DNA from: Cercozoa sp. M6MM
Taxonomy: Eukaryota > Protista > Endomyxa: Ascetosporea
Direction: 5' to 3' (one strand)
Length of the DNA stretch: 64,000 bases
NCBI GenBank assembly: GCA_040357565.1
Contig: JBDODJ010000049.1
This document shows positions 23,988-36,832 of this stretch, in pieces. A program made the translations under genes and the position numbers. The notes beneath the pieces were generated by a model, which saw only the letters and a program-made list of their open reading frames with translations, was not told the DNA's origin and ran no database searches. Position 1 is the first letter of the stretch; each line of letters opens with the position of its first letter.

Positions 23988-25348
23988 ATGCTGGCTGCTG
24001 CTCGACGTGCCTCGACCCGCAGCATTGTAAGTCAACGTCGCTAGTTTTTTTCGTGCACTGCAACACTGCTGGCTGCGACTCGTTGTCATCGCGCTCGTGC
24101 ATAGCCTATGGGTGTGTCACAAGGTGCATGTGACGCGAGCTTGCAATGCATGCACGCAGAGCATTTGTTTTTGTGTCTTTTTTTTTGTTCTCAACTTGAA
24201 CGTGCTTTGTACGAGCAGGTGGCGGCGGGCGTGCGCCCGTTCTCGGCCGACATTGAGGCCGTGAGCAAGCGTTACGAAACGTTCAACAAGCTGAAGCAGG
24301 TGTGCGAGGCGATGCAAATGGTGTCGTCGGCGCTGGCGCCCAAGGCGCAGGAGATGGCCAAGCAGGCGAACCGCACGATGCGTCGCGGTCTTGATCGCTG
24401 GTGGGCGCCGAACCAGCTCATGTACTGGAGCTGGAAGCGACTGCCGTGGGTGCGCGAGAAGCGCCCGCGTCGCCACCTGTTCATCGCCATCGCTGGTGAC
24501 CAGGGTATGTGTGCGTCGGCCAACACGGCGCCCGCTATGCTCACGGGCAAGTACTTCCAGGCGCTCAAGAAGGAGTACCCGGACGATGAGTTCCGCTACG
24601 GCTGGTACCGCTGTTGCAGCTCTACCCCATCCATGTTGAGCACTTGTCCTGTCTGACGACAGCATCGGCAAGCGTGCCGTGGCGCGTACGCGCTTCATGT
24701 TCGACAACGACGACCTGTTCGCCTTCGCTATCGGCGGTGCCGCGCGTGCGCGTACGCCGGGTGCCAAGTTCATCGAGCTCGTGATCGATGAGATCGCGCA
24801 GCTGAGTCCGGACTGGATCCACGTGGGCTCGGCCGACTTCTTCGAGCCGTGGAACATGAAGGTGTCGGTCAAGCAGATCCCGGGCTACGAGCTGGCGCGT
24901 CTCTCCATCGTGGAGCGCGAGCGCATCGTGGTGAACTACAACAGCAAGGAGGGCACGCTGTACAACAACTACAACTACCTGTACAACAAGAACCTCGATG
25001 CCTGGTACTACGAGTACCTCGCCATGCGTCTCACCAACCTCATCATGAACCACCGCGCCTGCGAGCAGACGCAGCGAATGCAGGCTATGGAGGTACTTCC
25101 CTGTTCTCTTAGACTTCTTTCACTTCCCTTTTCTTCCCGTCCGTCCCTCCCTCACTATGTGCACGTCGATGTGCACATTCTCTGCGCAGGGTGCCGTGAA
25201 GAACATTCGCGACGAGCTGCAGCGCCTCATGGTGACCAAGAACCGCTTGCGACAGGCGCAGGCCACCGAGTCGGCCGCCCTCGGTGCCATGGGTGCCGTG
25301 TCGCTCATGATGCTCGCCAACCCGTTCGACTCGGATGGCACCTACTAA
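23988..25348 (+). CDS. ATP3: Mitochondrial F1-ATP synthase gamma subunit, divergent
   Basis: Presequence; EAMQMVSSA, IAIAGDQGMCASAN, GCIGKR, CEQTQRMQAMEGAVKN, KNRLRQAQAT. Confidence 0.85.
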
Positions 25349-25535
25349 GCGCGTTCCTTCCCTGGCCGGGCACTTGGCTCGTCTGTGCTCGCGCGTGCAC
25401 TTTTGTTTCGTTTCGTTGGACACGTCGCGTCCTGCTTGTGTCGTGTTGCGTGTGATCTTTACTTGAAGTAAGACTCCGACCTTCTGTTTCAAAGTTAGCA
25501 TGAGTCTAATGAATCAAGTTGGACTACTGGCTGGC

Positions 25536-27824
25536 TCAGTTTAATTTGTGACGCAGTCGCTGGATCGTGTTGGGAATCACGTCGGCCTGCTCGGTGCCCA
25601 CAGTTAATAAAAAGTATGAGTGAAAGAAAGAAAGAAGGTAAACTTACGAGTCGTGCGTGCATAGCGGCCGGAAGAGCGCCGTTGAGCTCGGCGTGCAACA
25701 CGCAGGTCACCACTGCCGACAAGCGCGGTCGCTGTGGGTGTGCTTCGATCACCCAGCCACTCGGGTGCACCTGACGCGTTAACGATGCAACGTGGCTTAT
25801 GCCGACCCCATAACTTAAGTGCCCCTTCTACCTGTGCACGAATACAGTGGCGTGAAGGAGGCGCAGCATCGACATGCGTGCTGACGTAGGCGATGAGGTT
25901 GTCGCGGCACCTCTGCACGAGCACGGCATCCCTGCCGTACATATCAAAAATGTACGATCTCACCCGACGACTTCCTTCAAAGAAAGCAAAGAAAACGAAC
26001 CGTTGCACGAGCGACAGCCACTGGCGTGCTTTGAACGAGCACTGCAGCACGCACGTCTCTTCATCGACCTTGTGAATACTCCGCGAATGCTCCAAGAACA
26101 TTCCGCCATTGTCTCGCAGGAATTCAAGCACCTTCTGCGGCGGTGCATTCACCACGCCGCGGCCCATGAACTGAGCGATTTCAAAAAGATTCTCTCAGCT
26201 ATTTGAGAGGAAATCGAGGTACGGCAATAGTGTCGGCCTCGACACGAGGCTTGCGATAGAGTGCCACGTGCTGCTTTATCATCGGTTTCGGCAGCCTATG
26301 TGTTGAATAGCCTCAAAACCAGGAAGAAAAAATCAACGAAGTTCAACAAACTAGATTGAATACTCACCATTCGCTTCGCGCTGCAACATGCGTCTGGCGT
26401 AACAATTCGCCTGCTGCCACAGCACCTGCGAAACGACACATTTAGGCACCGAACATAACAGAAACTGAGATTAGAGCTACCCAGAACACGCAAATCGACA
26501 TTCTCTTTCTGTTTCGACTGCTTTTTTCGTGGTGACTCTTGCACTTCTGTCCGCGCGGATGCACTTAAAAGAGAAATAAAAGTAGTTGTTCATTTGTTTT
26601 CTACCCGCAGCTGCGTTCTGGGCAGGACTCGAGTCTATTGAATCCAATGGCGTGTGTGCCGGCATCGATTGCGACTGAACCAACTCGCGAATCTTGGCGA
26701 CTTGCAATCTGCAGTTTTGAAAGCTTGTATCGAAAAATTTCGAATGCAGAAAAAAAAAGAGTACGGCTGTTCCTTGGCAACTCTTGCTTTCAACGAGGAA
26801 GGGATACTGCCGCACAGATCGACGCAAATCACATCTAAGAAGTCACACAAGCATAGTGCAAAACACACAAGGCCCATCTGAAGCACAGTTTTACACGTGA
26901 GCAAACACTCGCTGTCGCTGAGAGGACGCATGCGATGACCGGAAACTAAGACGCGACCTCGCACGTACTTGCTGTCAACAGGACACCGGGGCGATTCGAC
27001 CGAAATCGAGGCGTGCACAATATCTTGTCTGCAGAGCAAATATTTTGCTGAGTCAAGTGAAAAGACGTGTGAGAGGGACGAGGCTGTACCCAATCAGACG
27101 ACGACCAAAGAAAGCGCAGAAATCTCGTGGCGTAACGAACATTGGCGCCTTGTAGCGCGCGTGCATGACGCGATCATGCGGCGGCAGTGTCTTTACTTCA
27201 GTCACAGTGTCGACCATGTTATCGTACTGCTGCTTGGTGTTGGGCAGCATGAGCCATTCGCTCACATCTCGCGCACTCTTGCTGATACGAGTCTCGCCCT
27301 TCTGCACCGCGTAGCCGCCGTTTTCGCTGTAAATGCAACAGTATAGACTGTCACGAAACATAAGAACAGACAAGGTACACAATTCGCAGTGTCTCTGGGT
27401 CGAAGTGCGTGCGAGAGAGAGTGACACCCTGGCGTTCCTCAAGGACTGTCCAAGCCTCCGCTGGGGCATCTGTACCGACACATTGTATCTGCACCGACAC
27501 TGAACTGTACCCGACGTACCAAGCAGTGTCTGCACTGTGTCGAACGCACGTTTTGCAGTGCTATCTTTCTTGTTGTTGCTCAAACCTTCCGAAGTACCCT
27601 CGTTCTCAGTTTTCTTTGCTTTTCTCGTTGATGGCACAATTTCACTGTCTGTGCTCGTGTATAGAATCGTCGTCGGCGGCTACAAACAACAACATAACGC
27701 TCTGGCACATGAGCGGTGCCAGGCGGAAAATTACGGGAGACGCGTGCCGTCGCTTTCGCAATTCCAGAACGTAAAGTGCCCACCCAATCACGCCAAACAA
27801 GGCCGCTGCCACTATAGCCCACAT
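25536..27824 (-). CDS. N-terminally anchored protein with two START lipid-transfer domains
   Basis: N-terminal TM MWAIVAAALFGVIGWALY; KAPMFVTPRDFC, SPRCPVDSKYVRG, VDLCGSIPS; second copy RDAVLV..PPSRHCIRA..ELNGALPA. Confidence 0.85.
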
Positions 27825-28181
27825 GCCAATAACTGCATCAACTATAGCTGCAGTAGTAGTAGCACAATGGAGCGCACAGTGACACAGTGCTTACTGAACA
27901 CACTGACTCGCACTGATCTTTTATTATTTTTGGTCACTGGCTATCCGGAACGCTGGACGCGCTAAGATAGTTGCTGGCTGTGTCCCGGGGTGTTTAGACA
28001 GTGGAATAGTCACTTTTAACGAGTAGGACAACGAGATAGTGGCTGAGTTTTCGTTGTCGACTCTGTGGTGACTTGACGCTTGTGAGGCGCTCACCCGGTC
28101 GGCACGATTGCCTCCCGTGTTTTGCAGGCGTTTCTGGCTTTAAAGTGAAAAAGCTATTTAGCGCCAGAATCGCAAAGCGAA

Positions 28182-31100
28182 ATGAGTTTCTTTGGGCTTT
28201 TTCGCGGCAGATCGGTACCACTGCCTTTTCCCTGCTAAGGCGCACGTTTTACTTGCGGTACATGTAGAAGGACGAACCTCGAGACAATCCACAAGACGCC
28301 GGGAATGCCAAAGCAGAGACGACAGGCGCGCGCGATTTGTCTCCGCAGCAGCCGGATCGACTGCCGCAAGATGGTTCTCCGACCGTCGACAAGGACAAGA
28401 TGCTCGTCGACGACGGCGAAACGCAAGAGTCGACGCTTGCAGAATCCGAAAAGCAGGAGTTTGGCTTGAAGCGCGAACGAAACGAGAGTGCTTTGGCAGG
28501 CCAGCGGAGCGACGAAGCAAGCGAAAGCAGCGAAGGTCGAGTCGAAACAGGCGAAACAGCGGTCGGAAAAAACGTTATTGCAGTTGAAAAGGACGAAAGT
28601 TCGGTTGAAAGTAGCGAGAGTTCGATTGCAAAGGACGAAAGTTCGATTGCAAAGGGCGAAAGCGAGCAAGAAGCGAACGAAAGCGAGCAAGAAGCAAGCG
28701 AGAGCGACAACGACATGACGCAACCGATCGACGATAGCGCTGAGCAGAGCGAAGCTTCAGAAGTCGCCGCGATCGACGACGGCGACGACGACGACGAGGA
28801 TGACGAAGGCGACGAAGCCGAAAACGCACCGAAACAGAAGACAGACGCTGTCGAAACGCTGCGTCGTACGCAGCGAAGAATCAAGCGTCGACGTTTGCGC
28901 AGTACTTTGCGTTCGCTTTACCCCCCTATTTAATATCCTGCCCTCGGTGTTGCTGCAGCGATCGGCACGATGAAGCCTTTGCGTCGCTTGCGTTCGAAAG
29001 TGGTGCCCGAGCGCTCGATCCTGCCGGTGCGCACGGGCTACGAGGCGCAGCACTGGCTGAATCAGTACTTTGAGGACATTGGCGAGGCACAGATGCACCT
29101 GCTGGAGCCCAAGCTTCCATCGCTGCCACTGTCGCTGCTCTGCAACGAGGAAGGCAGTGTCCCGCCCGTGGCGCGGTCGGAACTCTTCTCCTGCAAGGTG
29201 TCGGTCGGCATTCCCGACCCGTCGGACAAGGAGCCGCTGCTTGCGCTGCAGCACGAGCCGTCGCCGCTCGGACTGCGACGCAGCATGGACCCCAAGCCTG
29301 TACCCCAGACATATGTATATATACATAGTATGTATCTAATATGTATATCGTCTGTATGGTATGTATATAATGTGTATATAATATTATACATATATGTGTG
29401 TATATATATAGATAGATATTTGTGTGTTTGTTTTGTTATTTATCGATTTACGCGTTTGTGTATTGATTGGTTGATTGGTTGATTGATGTCTCGATTTGTT
29501 TGTTTATGCATATATTTATTCATTCTTCGTTGTTTATTATGTTTGTTTATCAATTTGTTAGTTCCTTTATTATTTCGAGACCAATAATATATTTACATTA
29601 GAATTATTTTGTGTGTATGTGTGGCAGTGCGACCTGTGCCGCGACAGCAAGGTGCGCGCGCAGTGTCAAGTGACTCCGTCGGGCGCGTGTCAGCGCTGCG
29701 TGTCGCGCGGCGTGCGGTGCTCGCTGCAGGCCAAGGTATACGAGCCAGACGACCACTTTGACAAGTCGAAGGAACGCGCGCCGAAATTCGAGGAGACGGC
29801 GCTCTTTCTGGCGCCGTTCGCTCTCTCAGTGCGTACAGGCTGCCATCAGCAAGTCGAAGCTTTCGCCAAGCAGGCCAGCCAGCAGGCAACTCAGGCATTC
29901 TCGCAGGCCAGAGTGACTTCCTTTGCATCCAACGAACTGCTCGCGGGTCGCATCGCTGCAGACGAGGCCTTTGACGACGATGTCGACTGGCACGAGATCC
30001 TCCGCGTGTCGGCGCTCTTCGAGATGCGACTCGACCTGGATGACAACGAGCAGGCTGAACTGGATCTCGCTCAGATCGACGCCGAGTTTGAAACACTCCT
30101 GGCCGAAATCGACGCTCTCGAAAGTCGAGACGAAGCACTCGAAGAAAGCACAGCGGCAACATCAACAGCTTCCGTCGTCGGTGTCGACGAACACAGCCAA
30201 GAGAAACTCGAACGTCTCTATGATTTTGTGACCACGAAAGCGACGTCGCAAATCGTCGCAGCCGAAGCGAATGCGCGCGTGTTTGACGAGAGCAAATCGT
30301 TGCACACGCAACTCTTCGACGGCGGTGCCATTGACGTCGGCTTCCTCATGTCCGAGACTGAGGGCTCACCGACTGATGGGTCACTTACTAGCGGGTCACC
30401 GACTGATGGGTCGCAGGTGATTGATGTCGATGTGCACATTGTCGACACAGAAGAAACCATCGTCGACTCGGCCGCCATTGCGCTGCTGAAGCGACGTCCC
30501 GACGTTGCCAGACGCGTGCAGGTGCCGCCTTCCATTCTATCTTTCCTTCCACTTTACACTGCCTTTCTGCAGGACGGTTTCTTGAGTTCTGACGCACCGA
30601 AACTCTGTCCGCGCGTACGTGCACCTCCATGCAATCTAAAAGAAATCTTCAAGTGTACTTATCCTCTGCAGGACGAAGTGTGGCTCGAGTTGCGACAGAT
30701 GCAAGCCGAGTTGCAGTAGGTTTGCTTTTATTCTTTGGTTTTGGTGTGCATGTTTGTCGTCGTGATAGAGCACTGACGGAAGAAGGCGACAGAATACGCG
30801 CTGAAGTGAGAGAGGTACAGTTTGTATACTTTTGGTTCTTCAGTTACACCACCTTTACGCTGGCTTTTCTGGCTACTCAGCGCGTGCGAGAATTCCAAAA
30901 GAACGAGCGAATCGAGAACGAAAAGCGACGAAGCGAATCGCATTATCTGGAGGGCCGACTGCTTGATGTACCTCTTGCTTTGTTTCTGTCTCAATGTGGT
31001 CTGAGAGGTGCTTGTGCAAATAGCCACAAGCATGGCACACACCGCAACTGTTGGAACTCGTCGCCAAGGCGCGGAAGCTACACTCGCGTTCTTACAACCG

Positions 31101-34100
31101 TAGCCTTTTCTTGGCCTTTTCTGCACCTGTTCTTGTTGGCGTTTTCTTGGCGTTTTCTTGTCTTTTTCTTGTGACTATTGGCTTCAACTTGAAACAGACA
31201 GCAATAAACCGTTTCAAGCTTGTTGTTGCCTCGCTGTTTTGTTGTTTCTTGAACTCTCAAAGTTGTCGCTTTCGTTTGAGTGAGTCGTGTTTGGTGAGAG
31301 CAGGCGACAGCGAGCAGAAGCGCGCGCGAAGTCGTCGCACGGAGCAGCGGCAGTCGCAGCACGCGCAGCAGCGACGCGAGCGCAACAAGCACATCGAGCA
31401 GCTGCGCCGTTGGACAGGCGGTGCCTTCACAGACGACGAGGACGACCTGCCACAGGACTGGCCAAGCGAGCAGGACGCGTGCTGCGCCGTGTGTCTGTCG
31501 CCGCACTGCGACGTCAACGACGGCGACATGGTCTTTTGCGAGGGCTGCGAAATCGCCGTGCATCAGCGCTGCTACGGCATTCCGTACGCTTTCTCATTGC
31601 TTTTCGCTTTGTTTCTTGCTTTCGCTTTGTCTCTAGCCTCCGACCTGCGTGTTTTCAGTTTTTCTGCTTTGCTTTTTTTTTGCTTTGCTTTCAGTTTTTT
31701 CGACTTTTTACGTTGGCTTTGAAAATGATTTTGCTTTGCAACAATAGTGCACTGCCAGAGGGCGACTTTTTCTGCGAGCGGTGTCAGTTCTACCGCGTGA
31801 AACGTGAACCAAAGGAGGTGCGTGAAGTTTTAACTCAGCGTTTCTCGTGCGTTTCTTTAGAAAAACATTGTTGGGCGTTTTAATTGTGTACAGTGCGATT
31901 TCCGATGTCGCGTGTGTCCGCATACGAGTGGCGCGATGAAGCCGGCCGAAGGTGGCGGTTTCGTGCACGTGTTGTGTGCCAACTCAGTGCCAGGTGTGTT
32001 TTTTTTTCTGCTTCTTGTGGTATATTGTGCATCCGCGCGGACGTGTGTAGAACTGCACTATGGCAATGACACGACAATGTCGCCGGTGCAGGGCCTGTCA
32101 CTTATCACAAAGTACCCTCACTTACCCCCTACCCTACCCCTTATCCCTACCCCCTTTACCCCCCCCCGCACCCCAGAGACCGGCGCAACATGCGTTGTCA
32201 GTTGTGCAAGAAAGGAGGCGCCGAGTTGCGCGGTCACTCGGCCATTGTGCAGTGCGCCAAGGCTCGCTGGTACCGTACATGTGTGTACATATGGACTGGT
32301 GTACATATGGACTGGTGTACATATGGACTGGTGTACATATGGACTGNNNNNNNNNNTGTACATATGGACTGGTGTACATATGGACTGGTGTACATATGGA
32401 CTGTATGTATGGACGGTACATATATGTCTATGGACTGTATGGACAGTGCCACAGCCTTCCATATCACGTGTGCACGCCGTGCTGGCCTGGTTTAGCTTTT
32501 TACCCCCCTCTTTACCCCCCTCTTTACCCCCCTCTTTACCCCCCCCCCCCCTTATCTCCCTCCGACCGTAGCCGGTGCTGGAGGTGAGTGGCAGCGAAGC
32601 GGACGTGGCGTTGCTGAACTCCTTGCTCTCGGTCACTGAGGTACCTGCTTTACCCCCCAGTTTACCCCCCCCCCCCTTACCCCCCGGGCAGTTGGAGAAA
32701 CTGGCGGACTACACGTTCGTGGGTTTCTGTCGCCGCTGCGCCGGTGACTACGTGCGTCGGCCGGAGCACGTGCCGCGTGATCGGCCGTTTCCAAAGCAGC
32801 TGCTGCTCAAGTGGCTACAAAACAACAACAAGATTGGTGCACTGTTTTGTTATTGTTGTCTTGTTGTTGTTTTTTCTTGTTGTTGTTTTTTTTTCTTGTT
32901 GTTTTTTCTTGTTGTTGTTATTGTTTTTTTTTTTTTTGTTTTGTGTGTGGTGTGTGTGTGTGTGTGTGTTTTTCTTGTTGTTTTTTCTTGTTCTTTGTTT
33001 TGTTTTTGTTTGATTTTGTAATTGTTTGTTATTGTTTTTTCTCGTTGTGTTTTGTTTTTTTTTCTGTTTTGTTTTTTTNNNNNNNNNNTTGTTTTTTCTC
33101 GTTGTGTTTTGTTTTTTTTTCTGTTTTGTTTTTTTTTTCTGTTTTGTTGTTTTTTGTTGCTGTTGTTGTTGTTCTTGTTTTTTTTTTTTTTTTTGCTGTT
33201 GTTGTTGATGTTGTTGTTGTTCTTGTTGTTGTGTTGCTGGTGGATTGTTGTTGTTTTGCAGAGAAGGAATCGGCGTCGATGGCGCGTCTGGTGGCGCGGA
33301 ATCTCAAGCGGGAGCGCGACAGTCTTGTGCTCAAGTANNNNNNNNNNNNNNNNNNNNNNNNNNNNNNNNNNNNNNNNNNNNNNNNNNNNNNNNNNNNNNN
33401 NNNNNNNNNNNNNNNNNNNNNNNNNNNNNNNNNNNNNGCTGGACCACTCGGGCCGCTTGTGCACGCCGCTGTCGTCGACGAGGTTCTTACCCCCTCCCTC
33501 TCTGACCCCCTGCGCCATGACCCTTCCCTTCCGCGCGGACGCAGGTACCTGTGCGAGGGCGAGGGCGGCGCGCGCGACAAGTCGCACCTGCTGCAGGGAC
33601 GGCAGCCGCAGCGACCGGAACTGACGCAGTGGGTGCACGCCGTGTGCGCGCACTTTCTGGGACCGCCGTGGGTACTCGGCGTTTGTTGTTTTTTTGTTGT
33701 TGTTGTTGTTTTTTTGTTGTTGTTGTTGTTGTTTGTTGTTGTTGTTTCCTGTTTTGTTGTTTTTTTCCCTGTTTTTTGTTGTTGTTGTTTTTTGTTGTTG
33801 TTTTTTTGTTGTTCTTGTTTTTTTGTTGTTCCTGTATATTGGTGTTGATACGTCCGCGCGGACAGGGCGAGCACCGCGAGGTGGGCGGCGTGCCCTTCGT
33901 GGCCGGTCTGGTGCACCACAAGAACTCGGTGCGCTGCCGACTGTGCGGACGCGCCGGCGGCGTGCTGACGCGCTGTCAGTAGCGTTTCTACCCCCTGTTT
34001 ACCCCCCTGTTTACCCCCCTGTTTACCCCCCTGTTTACCCCCCTCGTAGGTGCAAGCAGATGGTGGTGCACGCAGCGTGTGGTTTGGCGGCGGACTTCCC

Positions 34101-34846
34101 GCGCTCTTATGGTGTGTTTTCCCCCACCCCTTGTCCCTCTTTACCCCCCTCCCAGAGGAAGGCAAGCTGTGGTGTCACGAGTGCGACCCGTTGAAGAAAC
34201 GTCCGCGCGCATGCGCCGAAAGTATCAGTGTGACGGCCAGTGGTAATACCCCCTATTCCCTCCCCCTCCCCTTACTTGCTTCCCGCAGAGTCGTCATTGG
34301 TGCTGCGTGTGCCACGTGCGGTGCGACGGTTGCTGCACGGTGAGCGCGCACGTGCCGACTTGCGTGTGATCGATCCGTCTGCGCCGGTGGTCGGCACCGT
34401 CACTGTTACGCAGGTAGCCACTCCCTTTACCCCCCTCCCTTACCCCCTTACCCCCTGTGGTCAGAATCGCGAGTGGTGCGTGCAGCGGCTGCGCGCCGTG
34501 CCGCGTGTGTCGCTGACGGTTTACCCCCCTCTTTACCCCCCTACCCCCCCCCNNNNNNNNNNNNNNNNNNNNNNNNNNNNNNNNNNNNNNNNNNNNNNNN
34601 NNNNNNNNNNNNNNNNNNNNNNNNNNNNNNNNNNNNNNNNNNNNNNNNNNNNCTGTGGCGCACGCGCCGGAGGGTACCCTCCCCTCCCCCCCCCCCCCCT
34701 CTACCCTTACCTTCCGACTGCAGGAACGACCGAGCGACGCAGAGAGTCACATGGAACTCATCGAAGAGACGGACTCGCTCAATGACATGCTGCCTGTCAC
34801 AGGACGAGCCGTGCGTGCCCGTCGTCGACAGTCAAGTAATTTATAG
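28182..34846 (+). CDS. Chromatin protein with Zn2Cys6-like cluster and PHD/PZP fingers (JADE/BRPF/AF10-like)
   Basis: CAVC..DMVFCEGCEIAVHQRCYG..FFCERC; CPHTSGAMKP..FVHVLCA; CQLC..AIVQC..AFHITCA; second ePHD WVHAVCA..CRLCGRAGG..VHAAC; N gaps inside. Confidence 0.8.
32280..32445. repeat. Intronic 16-bp minisatellite (TGTACATATGGACTGG)n with gap
   Basis: At least 7 near-perfect copies plus degenerate ones. Confidence 0.92.
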
Positions 34847-35042
34847 GCGTTTTAGCATCAATTTTCTGCACACACAGCTGTGGCACCATCTCTTGATCTA
34901 AGCAGAACCGTCAACATATAATATCTCTCCATCGAGGTCGGCTCGGCTTTCCAACTTGCTTTGCAGACTACTATACTGTACGCTAGCCGCTGTTAAGCAC
35001 TTGAGCGCTCTTATTATTGCTAGTACAAATACTGCAGGTAGG

Positions 35043-35624
35043 TTACTCGACATTACAGACGTTGCCCTTGTCGGCAAAGGCGAGGATGGCATCGATCACA
35101 GAGCCCTGGATGCGTTCGGGCACCGGGCCCTGTCTCAGCACGACGTGCAGCATGTCCTGCGACTCCTCGCGCATGATGGCGTCCAGCTGGCGCAGCTCGT
35201 CGCGATTGAGCGAGTCGATGTTGTTCTCCACCCAGCGGCCGATCACAATGTCGAGTTCCTTCAGGCCGCGCATCTGACTCCGGTATAGCAGTCTCTTGCT
35301 GCCACACCCCAGCACAGCAACATCATCACAACACAGCAACATCAACACAACAAAGGCAAAGTGAGGCACACCGAGTGGCCTGCTCGGGCAGCTCGTTGTC
35401 CTCCATGGAGCGCGGGTAGGTGCGCTCGTCAAACTCCCAGGCTGACTCGGGCGCGTCGATGATCTTGCCTGCCAAAGCAAATCAGAAACTTCTGGCACAG
35501 CTGACACTTCCGGGACACTTGGCGTTGCAGTATATGGAACAGCAAACATCTTACCTTCGTAGTGCACCTTGCCAACTGCCAACGTGCGAACTGATCGCGA
35601 TGTGCGAAAAACGAAACGCTGCAT
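35043..35624 (-). CDS. SDHAF2: Succinate dehydrogenase assembly factor 2 (Sdh5), 3 exons
   Basis: RKRLLYRSQMRGLKELDIVIGRW (RGxxE motif); presequence. Confidence 0.93.
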   Translation of the reverse strand: MQRFVFRTSRSVRTLAVGKVHYEGKMFAVPYTATPSVPEVSAVPEVSDLLWQARSSTRPSQPGSLTSAPTRAPWRTTSCPSRPLGVPHFAFVVLMLLCCDDVAVLGCGSKRLLYRSQMRGLKELDIVIGRWVENNIDSLNRDELRQLDAIMREESQDMLHVVLRQGPVPERIQGSVIDAILAFADKGNVCNVE

Positions 35625-35839
35625 CTTGTTTCGGTGTTACTACAGCCCAAGCACGCCACAACACACGTTAGATGCAATGAAGCTGGTGTTCTTGTCCTCG
35701 ATTGTGTAATTGCTGTCGTTTTGGACTAAAAAATTACATTTATAAAAAAATCAGCGCTCCCGAAGCTCGATGGTCAAAGTGCCCAGAGCCAGCTCTGGTG
35801 TGTCCACGTGTGTGTGTAGATCATAACATAAACGTCATA

Positions 35840-36495
35840 ATGTCGGAGCCGCAGGTGGACTTCTCGGACGAGGACGTGGAGATGGGCGGTGAGACCCAGC
35901 GCAAGGGAAGCAACTTTAAACTTCCCTCGCGTCGTGTGGGTCGTGGCCACCGTGACCAGATGCGGGTACCACTGCATATCACTAGTTTTGGAGAACTCTG
36001 AAATGAGATCAAATTGTCATTGTTTCGGTGTGATGTGTTGTGATGTGTTGTGATGTGTTGTGATGTGTTTCGCTGCGTATCTCAGGACGACCGATACCAC
36101 GGTGCAGGTGGTCGGTTCGAGACGACTGGCGAGACGCAAGTTGGCGACGCGATCAAGTGTGCGTTAGCTTGGCTTTGTGGTGTGCTGTCTTGTGTGTGAT
36201 CCAACTTGCACGCGGCCGTAGCTGTGGAGGGTTGGGTGCTCTTCGTCACTGGCGTGCACGAGGAGGCGCAGGAGGACGACGTGTACGATGCGTTCGCCGA
36301 GTACGGCGACATTCGCCGTGTCGAGGTGCCGCTCGACCGTCGCTCCGGCTTCGTCAAGGGCTACGCGCTCGTTGAGTTCTCCGAGCAGGCCGACGCCAAG
36401 AGCGCCATCGACAAGTTGCACGGCAGCGAGCTCTACGGCCAGAAGCTTAGTATTTCTTCTATACTTCTTGGAACTATGTGTGTATATATACTATA

Positions 36496-36540
<45 letters not shown>

Positions 36541-36602
36541 TAGGCGTGAACTGGGCCTTTGCTCCGCGGCCTTCGCGACGCGCCACGAGCTCGCGCGACT
36601 AA
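35840..36602 (+). CDS. RBM8A: Exon junction complex subunit Y14, 4 exons
   Basis: KSVEGWVLFVTGVHEEAQEDD..FAEYGDI..LDRRSGFVKGYALVEF..VNWAF. Confidence 0.97.
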
Positions 36603-36832
36603 GCGCACAGAGAACGCAACAGCCGGCTTGACTTGTACGGACTCGGAACGAACGGAATGGAAGGAACTTGTCCCAAACGAAAGCATCGGCCATCATTGGG
36701 TAGTCCTCGCGCAAACACGACCGTCAGCGCGCGTCTGTTCAACTTAGCATATACGATAGAGTGCGGTCGATTTGCTTGGCTCATCGTGCGGTGGGTGGGG
36801 TTCGGTTCAGTCTTTACGCAGTTTTTGACCGA

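Noticed and set aside
23955-23990. tRNA-like GGGTTCGAAAC on the minus strand (also GGATTCGAA near 48917)
   Set aside because: T-stem does not pair and no cloverleaf can be formed
22105-25348. Alternative genetic code or widespread non-canonical introns
   Set aside because: All well-conserved genes checked (CTH, ATP3, actin, NOP10, Y14, SDHAF2, NIFK) splice cleanly with GT-AG in the standard code
32280-32445. CRISPR-like array
   Set aside because: Head-to-tail 16-bp repeats with no spacers, inside a eukaryotic intron; no cas genes
32575-34194. Long Phe/Val/Cys-rich and Lys/Asn/Gln-rich ORFs that look like membrane or basic proteins
   Set aside because: Read-through of T/G low-complexity introns of the PZP gene and their antisense; they span N gaps
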